From the NCBI GenBank assembly GCA_003344405.1, contig NOWV01000001.1, positions 186,001-250,000 of the forward strand: DNA of 64,000 bases, in the 5' to 3' direction. The translations under genes and the position numbers were made by a program. The notes under the pieces are model-generated. The model had not been told where the DNA came from, did no database searches, and worked only from the letters and a program-made list of their open reading frames with translations. This DNA is from Trichoplax sp. H2 (Eukaryota). Shown one piece after another: positions 1 through 12,111 of this stretch. The first letter of the stretch is position 1; the number at the start of each line of letters is the position of its first letter.

Positions 1-2162
1 TAAGGATAAGAAATACCAATTTTATGCGATCTGCTCTGTCCGCTCTTTGCAGCATTAATGTAGTAAAATGTTAGATTAATACTTAGCACTGTGCGATTCA
101 ACTGAGATAATACTACGTAATTATTATCTAATCTATCTACAAACCTATCTATATGTATTTGATAAAAGAAATTTGGGGTGTATCATGATAAATAACGTAG
201 AAGTTGATATCAAGTTAGAATTAATCAAATTCGTGATGGGTCTAGCATAACTATAGCATTGCTAATTGACTTTTAATGGAAAAATTTTACGATTTGTAAG
301 AAATTCAATTCTTCCTAGCCCTTTGTATGCAGTGCTATAGAAAGGTGATCTCACTACTTTTATTATTGAATTTATGGAAATAAGTGGTGTTGACAGTTAT
401 TGCATAAAGGTGGTTAAGGCAAATTGTGTAAATGTAGTTATGATACATTACACATAATTATAATACGTATATCGTAAAGGCTATGCGTACTTCTATTTAG
501 TTCTTATTTTTGCCGATAAACTATTTTATAAGTAGCTGATTAATACTTGCAGATGGTTTCTTGCAGCTAATTTAATTCTTATCAAGCGCTATATCAGTAC
601 AGAAATGCTGCATATTTTAACCTCTGATAATGTTTGACAATCACATTAGGAGTAAATATTCTAATTTTTCCATCCAGCTCAAAGCTATGCGTTCGGAGTG
701 GGTTATTAGATCAATGTTGATGCAACTGATTGGCAGTTATCCCACTACAATATTTTAATTAGAATCGTGTTGCATTATTTTCTGCTTAAAAGTTCAGCAT
801 GGTATGCTACAATAACTTAAAAATTATTCATGGCAGTATTCATAGTGTGTACAGTGGGTGCTGGTACTAAGTACGTCTCTAGACCACAAAATAACAGTTT
901 ATCATGCAGTAATCGACTCAGTCTGTTTCATTCTAGTCGCATAATTGTATTCTATGTTCCTTTTTTAGCAGTGTAACTAGCATTTGCCAACGCACAGTAT
1001 AGTATAATGAAATCGATATTATAGATAACATATTAAATTAATATTTAAATTCAACTGAATTGTCAGGAATTGCTCATTGATTCACAGAGGAGGAAAAATC
1101 TTTTAATGAAAAGATTTCATTTAAGATAATAAACATATCCTGGTGACTAAAATAATCAATCGATCGCGGGATAGAAAAATTTAAAATATTTATCGGCATG
1201 TTTACATTTAATTATAGTAAAAATATCCGACGTTAAATTCTAATGTAGCTTGAGATAATGCCCTTAAAATTTTCATTAACTGATGTAATCATCGACATGC
1301 AATATATAAATAATAATAAAATACTGTAGTACAGCCTCAAAATTACATTCCTATACGATAATAAATCTACCTCATACATAGATATTTCTACTACATTTAT
1401 TACGCTAAGATTAGCTAACTATTTTAGGTTTGTTTATGAGTCAGTGATAAATTATACAGTAAAGTAAAAAGTGTCAATATATTACGCGAAGTCTAACGAG
1501 CGAGGGATCGACTAGTAATTTGGAACAATTGCATCATTTATCGTATCGGCCATTAGTAATTGAATGATCTTGTATCTACGATATTTATGTCGTACAAGGT
1601 GCCGGTATCCTCACTCAGGATTTTAATATTCGCTGATTAACTCAACTTTCGAGCATAAACTAAATTTAATAACCAATTCTCCTTATCAGTGAGTAGATCC
1701 AGCAATAGTTATTGGTGTTGAACCATATCTTTATTAGGGATTAAATACAGCGATAATCTGTTGTTAACACCATAATATTACTTTGTTATACGTGTACATG
1801 AACATGCATATGATTTCATTACCTAATGTCAAGTATTGTAAGATACGTTATCCATATTAATAGCAGTTTAAGCAGACTACAGTGGTATGAATACCTTTTT
1901 TTAAAACTACATTGTAGCCAGCTCTACGTAGTTGCAGTTTTTTTTTACCTCGTATTACAACTTAGAATGATATATATGGCAACTTTTATAACTACTGTAA
2001 TTAGTTAATTTGGAAGAGGAATGCTCTCATACTAAGTGTTAGATATCTAATATACCTGACTGTAAATATTAACGGCATAAATGTGTGCATATGTAACGTA
2101 TACAGGGGAAAAGAGTAGAGTACAATCAAAGTGTGAGCTATATTGTCCTAGTATCGATGATA

Positions 2163-2236
2163 TAAACTGTAACCATCAATTATGCATTTTGCCAACATCA
2201 AATGGAATTCAAATGCACAACTTCATTAGCAGTTTA
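2163..2236 (-). promoter_or_regulatory. SECIS element (type 2-like) in the 3' UTR of copy A
   Basis: Minus strand reads UAAACUG-cua-AUGAA-GUUGUGCAUUUG-AA-uuCCA-uuugaugu-UGG-CAAAAUGCAUAAU-UGAU-gguua-CAGUUUA. It has helix I, an AUGA/GA core, an ~11-12 bp helix II, apical AA and a mini-stem. Confidence 0.88.
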
Positions 2237-2313
2237 GTATTATCAGCACTTGGACATTTTAAGCTTTAGATAGCTATAACTAAGTTTTACCAGTTAATGC
2301 GGTCCTCCTTTGA

Positions 2314-5300
2314 TTAATGTTGAGTGAAATTAATGTTTGCTACGTTTGCTACAGTAAGCAATTTGTTTATCGGGGTGTGATCAAACGTTCCGATATCAGT
2401 ATGGAAGTATTTCAAGATATTACCTGAAAATAGTAGAAGGCAGGAAAGTAAATATCTACTTTTCAAGATTATAGAACTTTGATAATTAATTGATTTTAAA
2501 AACAAGAGTATTCTTAAAATTATGTTCGGATAATTAGAAATAATCTTTGAATAGAAAAGAGATTTATCGTATTTCAATAAATTCATAAAGCAATACTTAC
2601 CAGGTCCGACTACAAGTTGTCCACCTTGCTGCGTAACTTTACCTTGAAATCTCATCGATTTAATACCTCTCCATATCGACTTGGCTAGGCCTGATAATTC
2701 AGATGATTTGATATGTTCTGACCCTATTTCAAAGATTTTTATTTTTCAATTTTATGACCCATATCGAGTTACTCAAGGGCTACTAGCTACAAATTAATTG
2801 TTTGCTTTGCAATGTCATTACTTGGTGCTGCATGTGCAAGGGTTGTTGCCATGCCTAATTTTGAATAGATGGTCCTCTGTGGATCGCAGTACATATCATG
2901 GTTATAGCCAGTTTCCTGACGAAATTTCTAGTTATTCAAAAGAAGGGCCATAACGGATTATTTAATTTGAGCAGTTTTCGAATTACAAATATGAGTTATA
3001 TTTGTAGCATAGTAGGGAAATTATTTAAGAGGACGTTATTGGCTGGTCACCTTGATAAAGTTAGGCTTTCCACACCCAATTACTATAAGTCGAACGTTGG
3101 CTTCCTATAAAATTATTCAACAGTAATGATAGTAGCATAAATTAACCTTAAGAAAAGCGTAAGACCTCTTAGAATACTTATATACACAGCAAGATTTTAA
3201 TCGAAGAATTATATTCTAGAATGCAAGAATGAGCAACTAGTTTTTGAAAATATACTCATCAGGACTCCTTCTGCATAATATTATAACCTAAGCTTCTTGC
3301 GTTGAATTAATCGACTATGGAATCAAAACATTCGATACTCGTACACAATGATTATATTTCCGCATAGCATTTAAGGTAGTGATAAATTTAATATTAATAT
3401 GATAACTGATAGCTAGGGTATTTTATCGTTTCTCTCACTGGATATTATGGTAATTTATACTTATAAATACTGAATTTTTAACAATCTTTATCATTTACTA
3501 TCTTCATTAAATTGATTTATAGCTCACTAAGAGCATAATATACATTAGTAAATTTCTGTAGATAAAAATTTTGTGGATATATAATCTTAAGAAAATATAT
3601 AGAATATTTTGATGTGAGAGCTTGCATCATTCCACCACGAACTGAGTTATCCTGTATTGGTTTTACTAACCGCTAAAGATTCTTGCGGTATTTTGGCCAA
3701 ATCTATCCATAAAGTAGAAAGAAATGAAAATAAGATTTCAATATTATGATAATTACTGCACAACGTTTGTAAATAGTTTCGACCATTATGTACGATAATA
3801 ACAATTCATGAATATTTGATATCCATAATTCTTTAATAGTAATTAAAATACTTTGATAATGATTTTTGTACAGTAAGTACTCGATATTGATTACAGCTAA
3901 TTTAAAATTTTAACGTTGTAATGATTGCCATTTTAAAAAACAAATCAAAAGAAGTTGGATAGGAAATGCCCTGTTATTATTATATAGTATATAGGATCAA
4001 AAATTAATTAAGAGTGAAAGAAAATGTACAATAAATTATTAGCTAGATTCACACTTTAATTCATTTAATAGCATGTACGGTGTGCGCTAACTTAGAATTG
4101 TCATAGTATCAAAATATTACTCTAATCAATAAATTAATTTATGTCACCAACAATTTAATACATCTATATATACCCTACTACAAATAAATCTGCAACAGCA
4201 TATTAAAAGAGTATGCAGTAGGTTGAATTAACTCGTCCTAATTACGGACTATATATTCATAAGAACTTATTTACAAGGTTATTTATAGGGAGTACGGAAA
4301 GGTTAGAAAAATAATTTAGTTTAGATTCGTGCTATCTCATAGATTTACCTTCGACATATTCTTTACATACGTATCAGAGGAAATGCTTTCCACGATATTT
4401 GTGTTCATAAAGGAGTATAAATTATAAGAATTCTATCAATTTTTAGGATAGTTAAAGAATAATAACTAAACGAAAGTTTTAAATTAGCACAGTAAGATTA
4501 ATCCGCTGCTTTAAAATATATAGTGTGTCGTTAATTTACATTACTTTATAGAGTAATACTAATACTAAGAATAAGGTCATTACAGGACACTGTATTAGAC
4601 ATTTATGTCTAGAATGTTCTGATAAATATTGATTTGATTTTTGACGTAGCTTACGTGCTTATCATATTTTGTTCTTAAAAGATGTCATATAAGGAAAGGG
4701 ATGTAGTTAGTACCGTAAAATGTGATTCTATAGTGGTATAATTATAGAAGCTATCCGAAAGTGATCAAAACTGTATTTGAAATCGTAAAGAAGTCTAACT
4801 TCTACAGTAATAATTAATATGTTGCGCATAAGCCTTGTGCTTAGTCTTACAGTTCTAAACTAGAGATTACTATACAGATACTACTGCCAGCAGAAGTTAA
4901 ACTTAATGATAAAAATTCTTGACGGATATCATCGTCACGAAGTCAGTGGATCACGAAAGTTGATAGACGAGGAACTACAAAAAAATTAAGGCTGATACAG
5001 TATTTCCAATGCAATTTACATTCTATCGGAAGTTAATAGTGTATCCTATAATACCCCTAATCAGGCAAATATCGGTAATATTATCGGTATAGAGAATAGA
5101 ATTATCTTCAAACTTGGCGTATTCTTGTCTATCGTAAATAAATAGCGTATTCTACTGTACCTAATCAAGCAAATATCGATATACAGAACAGGGTTGTCTT
5201 CAGACTTGATATATTTTTGTCAAACTAAGTGAACTGGTTATGCCTTTAAGATTATAAATTTTAATTAGTATAATTGTCTCATCTGCAAGATTTGAAGCCT

Positions 5301-5938
5301 CAAGTGTTAGACTCATTGTCTATTTGCTGAAAGTAAACATTTTATCATTTTATAACTACCCTAGTTAATAATTATGATCGGCCAATGCTACAGATTATAT
5401 GCTTATTAATGGGGCAATTATTATTTTATTTTTCGGAAATTAGTGGTGTTCGCTAGACTCTATATATGATCTACGTATAGTGTATCTTTAACGGTTTAAA
5501 TCACGTCTGACGTTTATTTTAGACTAGAGAGAAGTGTAGAACCAGTTTACCAGCATCGTCACTGTCTACTTTAGTAGTAAGATACTAGATAGTGTATAAT
5601 GTATGACATAAAACAGAGTGCAAAATAGTTATATTGGATAAAATGGTATTTCGTGTTTCCTTTCAAAATTCAATTAGAGCGTATAGATAAGCAATCGTAA
5701 TTTCATATCTTTGTATAGGATGTCTAAAGAAAGATTAAAGCAACATTTAACTATCTTAAGAGTGTAATAAACGTACACGAACGAAAACGATGATGCTTAA
5801 CTGATCCCTATAAAGATCTCCAAATTTTAGAGTAGCACCATTTTCGTCAAACACTGGTAATCCATCAATTTTGGACCATTCGAGTTGTTTCTCGTCTGTC
5901 ACCTCAGCGGAAATTTGATTGGTGTCGACTCCTGCCAT
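2314..5938 (-). CDS. PRXL2C: AhpC/TSA thioredoxin-fold protein, PRXL2C/AAED1-like, selenocysteine-containing (copy A), 7 exons, ~207 aa
   Basis: Exons read manually, all GT-AG and in phase: 5938-5777, 4385-4349, 3702-3671, 3104-3051, 2927-2822, 2723-2601, 2423-2314. The joined protein contains IIVFVR-HFL*YVCKEYVEDLAKIP, NVRLIVIGC, YCDPQRTIYSKLGM, FQGKVTQQGGQLVVGPGN and FDHTPINKLL. These match AAED1/PRXL2C as I recall it (RHFLCYICKEYVEDLAKIP...QQGG..ILGPG). In-frame TGA at 4376-4374. Confidence 0.92.
5056..5221. repeat. Diverged ~100-bp-period tandem duplication in intron 1 of copy A
   Basis: cctaatcaggcaaatatcg...tatcttcaaacttggcgtattcttgtc at ~5056 recurs as cctaatcaagcaaatatcg...tgtcttcagacttgatatatttttgtc at ~5160. 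Confidence 0.6.
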
Positions 5939-7380
5939 TGCGGAAAGGCTGAAAATAGCCACACAATTTGATTTATTAACCTTGGGTCTACTCGTATATT
6001 GGACTGCAACTAATTAACGGATCAGTAATGCTGTCAAGTTGGTCCACTAAAGCTACACTAAACTCGTTTGGGTGCAACAAGTGGGGTGCGGGTACCTTGC
6101 CGACTACTCGTATATTATACGTGTAGTTCCTTGCTCTTTTCGCTTTATAAAATCCTATATGCGTTCAGTATGAGGTTGACAAGGGGCTACTTAAAAACCA
6201 GGAAGCTGAAATTGGCTTACCCGAATAGCTATCAATAGAACACCAACTGCGGGCATTCAGTTATTAACCTATTATGAGAATACAAGCACTAGATTATGCT
6301 CATACTAGAGGATTGTGATACAGTATACACTGTACTATATTTCAAGTTGAGAGATTTAATGCACTATGGACAAGTACGCTGGCCGTGTGGATGGACCATT
6401 GTATTTTTTCTTGGCACTGTATGAGAGATTTTTTCGGTCCTTAATTCCTTTCATAGACACCCTTATATTGGATGATTGCTAGAGGTACTGATTTCATGCT
6501 ATACAAGTAATACAACGGTTTCTTAGCATTCTTGAAAGGTTGTACATGGTAAATATTGCATGCATCTAACCAATTTACAGCTAAGCGCCTGGTTGTTAAA
6601 AAATTTACTCGTGACGTAAATCGTAAACCTACGACGAGATCGAAGGGAATAAAGTGAAAGGTTATCACTGGCTGGTGTGACTACTGTAGGACATAAGCGA
6701 GGGCACGTACTGTAATACAGATGATTGTAGGGAGGGTTTTAAATTACCTTCAGTTAAGCAATTTGTTGTACCCATAACGGGAAGAGGTAGCTAGCGTCTT
6801 TTACCTCAATTAATCGACTGTTAGCGAGAATGCTTAGGAGTGACCAAGGCTGATTTAAAAATTGTTGTTTTCACACATGTCCAAAAACCGGTGCAGTTGG
6901 ATTCACTTTTTACCGTCTAATAACTACTTACGTTTTAATCATTCTTTATTAGGAATTAAATGTAGCGACAAGCTACTGTACTTATGCAAGCTATAATGTT
7001 TTTTTGGCTTTTAAGCACACATAAAACGCAATTTTATTCTTATGCGCGTATATTAGATAATCAATGCAAAGCAATTGTACTAGGATTTTTCCTGACTATA
7101 TTTTAGATATACCACGTAGTGACGTTAATATCCTGTATATCTACATTTCAGCTAGGTCTAGAATGCTACAATTCATTTTTATCATATATTACAATGTAGA
7201 AGTATACAGGTATCAAACTTTATAAACATGGAAATTAAAACACAGAAGGGTACTTCGACTAAATATTAGCGATCTACTCTATTACTGCAAACATTAGTGT
7301 CGTAAATACTATATATTGAACGTATATGAGATGAAAAGTTGACCAAAAGCGCGAGTCATAGTGCCCAAGAATTGATAATA

Positions 7381-7457
7381 TAAACTACAGTAGTCATCGG
7401 TTATACATTTTGCCAATATCAAATGGATTTCAAATGTACAACTTCATTGGTAGTTTA
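7381..7457 (-). promoter_or_regulatory. SECIS element (type 2-like) in the 3' UTR of copy B
   Basis: Minus strand reads UAAACUAC-ca-AUGAA-GUUGUACAUUUG-AAA-uCCA-uuugauau-UGG-CAAAAUGUAUAAC-CGAU-gacuacu-GUAGUUUA. Same architecture and position as in copy A. Confidence 0.9.
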
Positions 7458-7536
7458 TCATTAACAACACCTGAGCGTCCGCTTTAGGCAACAATAATCA
7501 AGTGCTGTAAGAGCAGTAAACTCAGTCTTTGATCGA

Positions 7537-10500
7537 TTAATGTTTTTTAAATTCAACATTTGCTACATCGGCCATACTGAGTAATTTGTTAATTGGGGTG
7601 TGATCAAATGTACCGCCATCAATATGGAGGTATTTCAAAACATTACCTGAAATAGTAGAAAGATCCGCATCATGAACATAGCAATTTGTCAATTTTACTC
7701 TAAGATGATACATGATCGATACTATAGCTCACAATTAAAATTACGGTGGCATAGTTACGAACAATTGTTGAAAGAATTAATACAAATTCAACCTACCAGG
7801 TCCAACTATAAGTTGTCCACCTTGCTGCTTAACATCACCTTGAGAACTCATTGATTTCATAGTTCGCCATAAGGAATTTGCTAAGCCTGATGCAACAGAT
7901 GATCTGACATGTTCTGATCCTATTGTCAAGATCAATTTCTTATTCGTCTATTTTATAACCCATATCTATGCTATTAGGCTACTTAAGGTTTACTGGCTAT
8001 CAATTGATGGTTGACTTTGGTATTTTATTACCTGATGCTCCAGTAGAGAGAGTTCTTATCATGCCTAGTTTGGAATAGACGGTCGTCTGTGGATCGCTGT
8101 ACATATCATGCTGATAGCCAGTTACCTTACGAAAGTTCTAGTTATTGTAGAAAAAATACGTGATAGCTTATCAAATTTGAGCCGTTCGTGAACAATTTGT
8201 ACAAATTGAGTTACAGTATTACAAGAGCATAAGTTTAGAGGTGTTATTGATCAGTCACCTTGATGAAAGTGTGTTTGGCACATCCAATCACAGCAAGTCG
8301 AACGTTGGCTTTCTATAGTAATGATAATATAATCTTTAGAGAAGCGAAGTTTGTTGGAATGTTCATAGGTAGCACAAGGCTTTCATTGGAACAGTAGCTC
8401 ATGGTATGGATGAGGAAGAAGCAACTGTTTTACGTTCCCCACGCTGATTAGTACACACAATACCAATTTACAAGCAATCTTTCGATCAATTGGTGGATAG
8501 TATTATCAAAAACACTTTCGATCTATTTCATGATAATCTACTTGTATCATTCATTTGTGATAAATGTGTTTGTTAGTTAACTAATGACTAGGATAGTTAA
8601 TCATTTTCTCTTATGCAACACTATGATGGTTTATACTTGTAAACACTAAAGTGTTGTATTCATTTAATTATTAGAATACAGGACTCGCGTAATAGACTAG
8701 AAGCAAATTTTGTACCTATCAAATATAGAATTTCAGTCGATACATAATCGTAAGAATAAATCAAAAATATTCTAATCAAGTATTTACACTCTATTGCCAA
8801 TAACTGGATTATGCAATATTAGTTTTACTAACCGCTAAAGATTCTTGCGGTATTTTAGCCAAATCTATTAATAAAAAAGAAGAAATAAAAATGTGATTTT
8901 AAATACCAAGAGAACATTGCAGTGCATTTATGAATACAGTCTTTGCAATCACGTATAATAACTGTTATTGTTGAATACGAGTGTACTGTATATGTTTCTT
9001 CGACGACGTAAAAAATACCATGATTTCTATGCAATCATTGTTCATCATTGATGAAAATTAATTTAAAATTTAATGCTGTAAGAATTGATATTTTTTTAAA
9101 GACAAATTAAAGTTAACTAGGGGAACAAATGTGACGTTCCTTTTCTTATGATAAAGAATTTAAAAAAATGAATTAAGAAGAAGAAAAAATAATACGAATA
9201 TACGTTCAACTGTCAATGAGATCAATCAACAGCTAGACTTCACATTAATGAAATGCTGGTATAATGAATAATTAATGATCGTGATTAGTACTGTGTAACA
9301 TAATTTATAAAACGTTTGCTAAGTTGGGACGATTGTACCATCAGAATATAATTTGAATTAGTACTCATTGTTGTATAAATTAATTAAGCAACGTATCTCA
9401 CAAAAAGTGATGAGTAGACGCCTTATGAAGTTAAAAATGTATGTTTGTGAATGCATCAAGGCGTAATGTGAAAACATCGCAGCAATTACAATTGAGTAAA
9501 GACTAGAAAATGATTCATAATCAGAAAAACAATGATTCCTCTATTTTTATATCATTTCAAGATTTACCTTCGACATATTCTTTGCATATGTATCAGAGGA
9601 AATGCTATCCATGTTTTTTCATAGATATAGTCAAAAAGAAGTATATAGTTATAAAAGAAATTTTCAATCCAAAGTTCTGACATGTACAAAATTACATACA
9701 ACCAAATGAATACTTCAAGTTATTATATTATACTACAATATCTTTCCCATTTATCTTGCAGTACGTATTACAATTAGTTCCATTAACATTGATGTATTTG
9801 GTTTGTCGTTGGTTACATTACTGTACAGCACTTGAAAGGAAAGTACTAAGAATTTAGGAATAGTACAACGAGATAACTACTGTATATTCTTAAAGCTGTT
9901 TGTGCCTGAGGATATCCCGGTAGTGGTTAACCCTAACTGTTGATGGAATTCTTTCTAGGTATCCTCCATGCGTATAAGGTTTCATTATACTGTACCGCAA
10001 TATTATTATTTTATTAATGTACCGTAGAATATAGTGTACGTTGTATGATCGGTCTCTAGGTCAATAAGACTATCAAGGAAAAATATCGTAATTTTGCAGT
10101 GAAGAATTTTGAAAACCACAAGCACTCGTTCAACAATTATAATTCTTTATTAAGCGCCAACATGCTGCTGCACAGTATGCATAGTCCTGTTTTAACGATG
10201 AATGAATCAATCAATACCGTGCACGCCTGTCGTTCTAACCCATGCCTAAAAGTGTACAATAATAAGCTTATGTACACGTAATACTGTACAGTGTACATGA
10301 TATGCCTATTGGGTAGTAAAAGTATTCTTATTTTGGACTGGAAATGGCGATGTTGTCGATGGATGGGCGTACAGTCATGCAATAATGATCAGCAAATGCA
10401 TCGTTGTCTTGTAAAGAAAACAAAGCCGCTTTGTGCTTAATCATCCATCTCTTTTTCACATGATTTACTACGCATACCTACGATATACAGTCCTAATTAT

Positions 10501-10749
10501 TAATATTAAATTACTAGTTTATACTCAAAGAGGCTAAAAACGGCACTACTAATAGAAGGGTGGAAGTTGATCTCGGAATAAACTTACACGAACAAAAACG
10601 ATGATCGTTTTTTGATTCTTGTAAAGATCTCCAAAGTTGAGGGTAGCGCCATTTTCGTCAAATACTTGCAATCCATCCAGATCAGACCATTGCAATTCCT
10701 TCTCGCTCACGACATCAGTAGCTATCTGATTGGTGTCGACATCGGCCAT
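7537..10749 (-). CDS. PRXL2C: AhpC/TSA thioredoxin-fold protein, PRXL2C/AAED1-like, selenocysteine-containing (copy B), 7 exons, ~207 aa
   Basis: Exons 10749-10588, 9604-9568, 8864-8833, 8312-8259, 8137-8032, 7919-7797, 7646-7537. Exon lengths are identical to copy A (162/37/32/54/106/123/110). Motif HFL*YICKEYVEDLAKIP, with in-frame TGA at 9595-9593. Confidence 0.92.
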
Positions 10750-11119
10750 TGCTGAAAATAGCTCAAACTGAGCCCAGTTCGATGTATTCGACTTGAAATA
10801 ATTTCAATTTATCGATTGGATCGCTAACGCTTTACCCAATCGATGTCGTCAAAATAATTTCTTACGCCGGTAGCGGGGCGAGATCTTCAAATGATGAAAA
10901 CTTTGCCAGTATCGCTCAATATGCTAGGTCTTGTATGACAGGGTAGTGTCCAATATAGTAGCCCATGTGTATAGAGTACTGTAACAGGCCATTGCCATTG
11001 GCGTGCAAATGTATGGCTGTGTGGATGTCCAAATTAGTGTCACTCTCAATGGTAACGTCATCTCCATTTTCTTACCGCAATGGATGTTGGGATCATGATG
11101 GAGGTCAATCGAGGTGACC

Positions 11120-11202
11120 TCTGTACTGTACAGTAGGCTACAATACAATACTGTACTGTACTGTACACTGTAGACTGTAGACTGTACACTGTGTACTGTA
11201 GA
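11120..11202. repeat. Low-complexity (ACTGT/ACTGTAG)n-like repeat
   Basis: ctgtactgtactgtacactgtagactgtagactgtacactgtgtactgtag. Confidence 0.7.
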
Positions 11203-11767
11203 CGTCCTACCGCAGATTGATCTTGAGTTCTTTCCTGTTAGTTAGGGATGTTATTGGTCTTCTTTTCTGGGAGTAATCATACTCTGTACACTACTGTACT
11301 GACAGGAAACGACCACAGCGTAAAATCAATGTGCAAGCTTATCATTTTTTTATACCATGCTGCACAAAACCAAGCTAGCAGGCTAATAGCAGCTAATTTA
11401 GACGTCAATCGCAGACAGTATCGTGTACCATTATAGATGTGCGATACACTTGAAATAACCAGTGAAAGAATCAGCCTGTTAATCCCTGTTTATTACACTC
11501 CCTCACAAAATGAACCCTTGCGCATGCCCCGTGGAAGTCAATGGATTTTGCCGGGTGTAATTAAAAGCCTAGCTAGCATTTAAATTGACACTTCTGCCAA
11601 ATTACAGAAGAGCGAAATCTGGACGTGATACAGTGGTTTTCAAGTAAACGGTTATAGAACAAGTTCAACGTCTTGAAAATGAAAGACGTGATACAGTTTT
11701 CAAGTTTACATGGTTTTCAACGTTACTTTTCAAGCGTCAATTTGATAGCTATGCTTTAATCATACCT

Positions 11768-12045
11768 AGAAAATCGATCGACTTGCACAGGGCATGCGCA
11801 TAAGTTCATTTTGTGCAGCAGTGGATTATTAGTAATAGCGAACAAGCGTTTCCTGTCCATGATACAGTATATAGTATACATATACAGTACTGTATATGTC
11901 ATACCCCGAGAAATCGATCGACCTGCACAGGGCATGCGCATAAGTTCATTTTGTGCAGCAGTGGATTATTAGTAATAGCGAACAAGCGTTTCCGGTCCAT
12001 GGTACAGTATATAGTATACATATACTGTACAGTACTGTATGTGTA
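11768..12045 (+). repeat. Near-identical 140-bp tandem duplication
   Basis: aaatcgatcgac(t/c)tgcacagggcatgcgcataagttcattttgtgcagcagtggattattagtaatagcgaacaagcgtttcc occurs at ~11771 and again at ~11911. Confidence 0.95.
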
Positions 12046-12090
12046 TTAGCGTATTGGGTTGAGAATCCTTTCTCTGTGTAGCAGTATCTC

Positions 12091-12111
12091 CCTCTCTCTC
12101 TCTCTCTCTCT
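12091..12111. repeat. (CT)n microsatellite
   Basis: cctctctctctctctctctct. Confidence 0.9.

Noticed and set aside
1-55. Possible minus-strand gene start (MLQRADRADRIKLVFLIL...) running off the window edge
   Set aside because: It is too short to support without the adjacent sequence.
2314-10749. Calling the PRXL2C-like copies pseudogenes because of an internal stop
   Set aside because: The stop is TGA at the catalytic Cys position in both copies, all downstream exons are intact, and SECIS elements are present.
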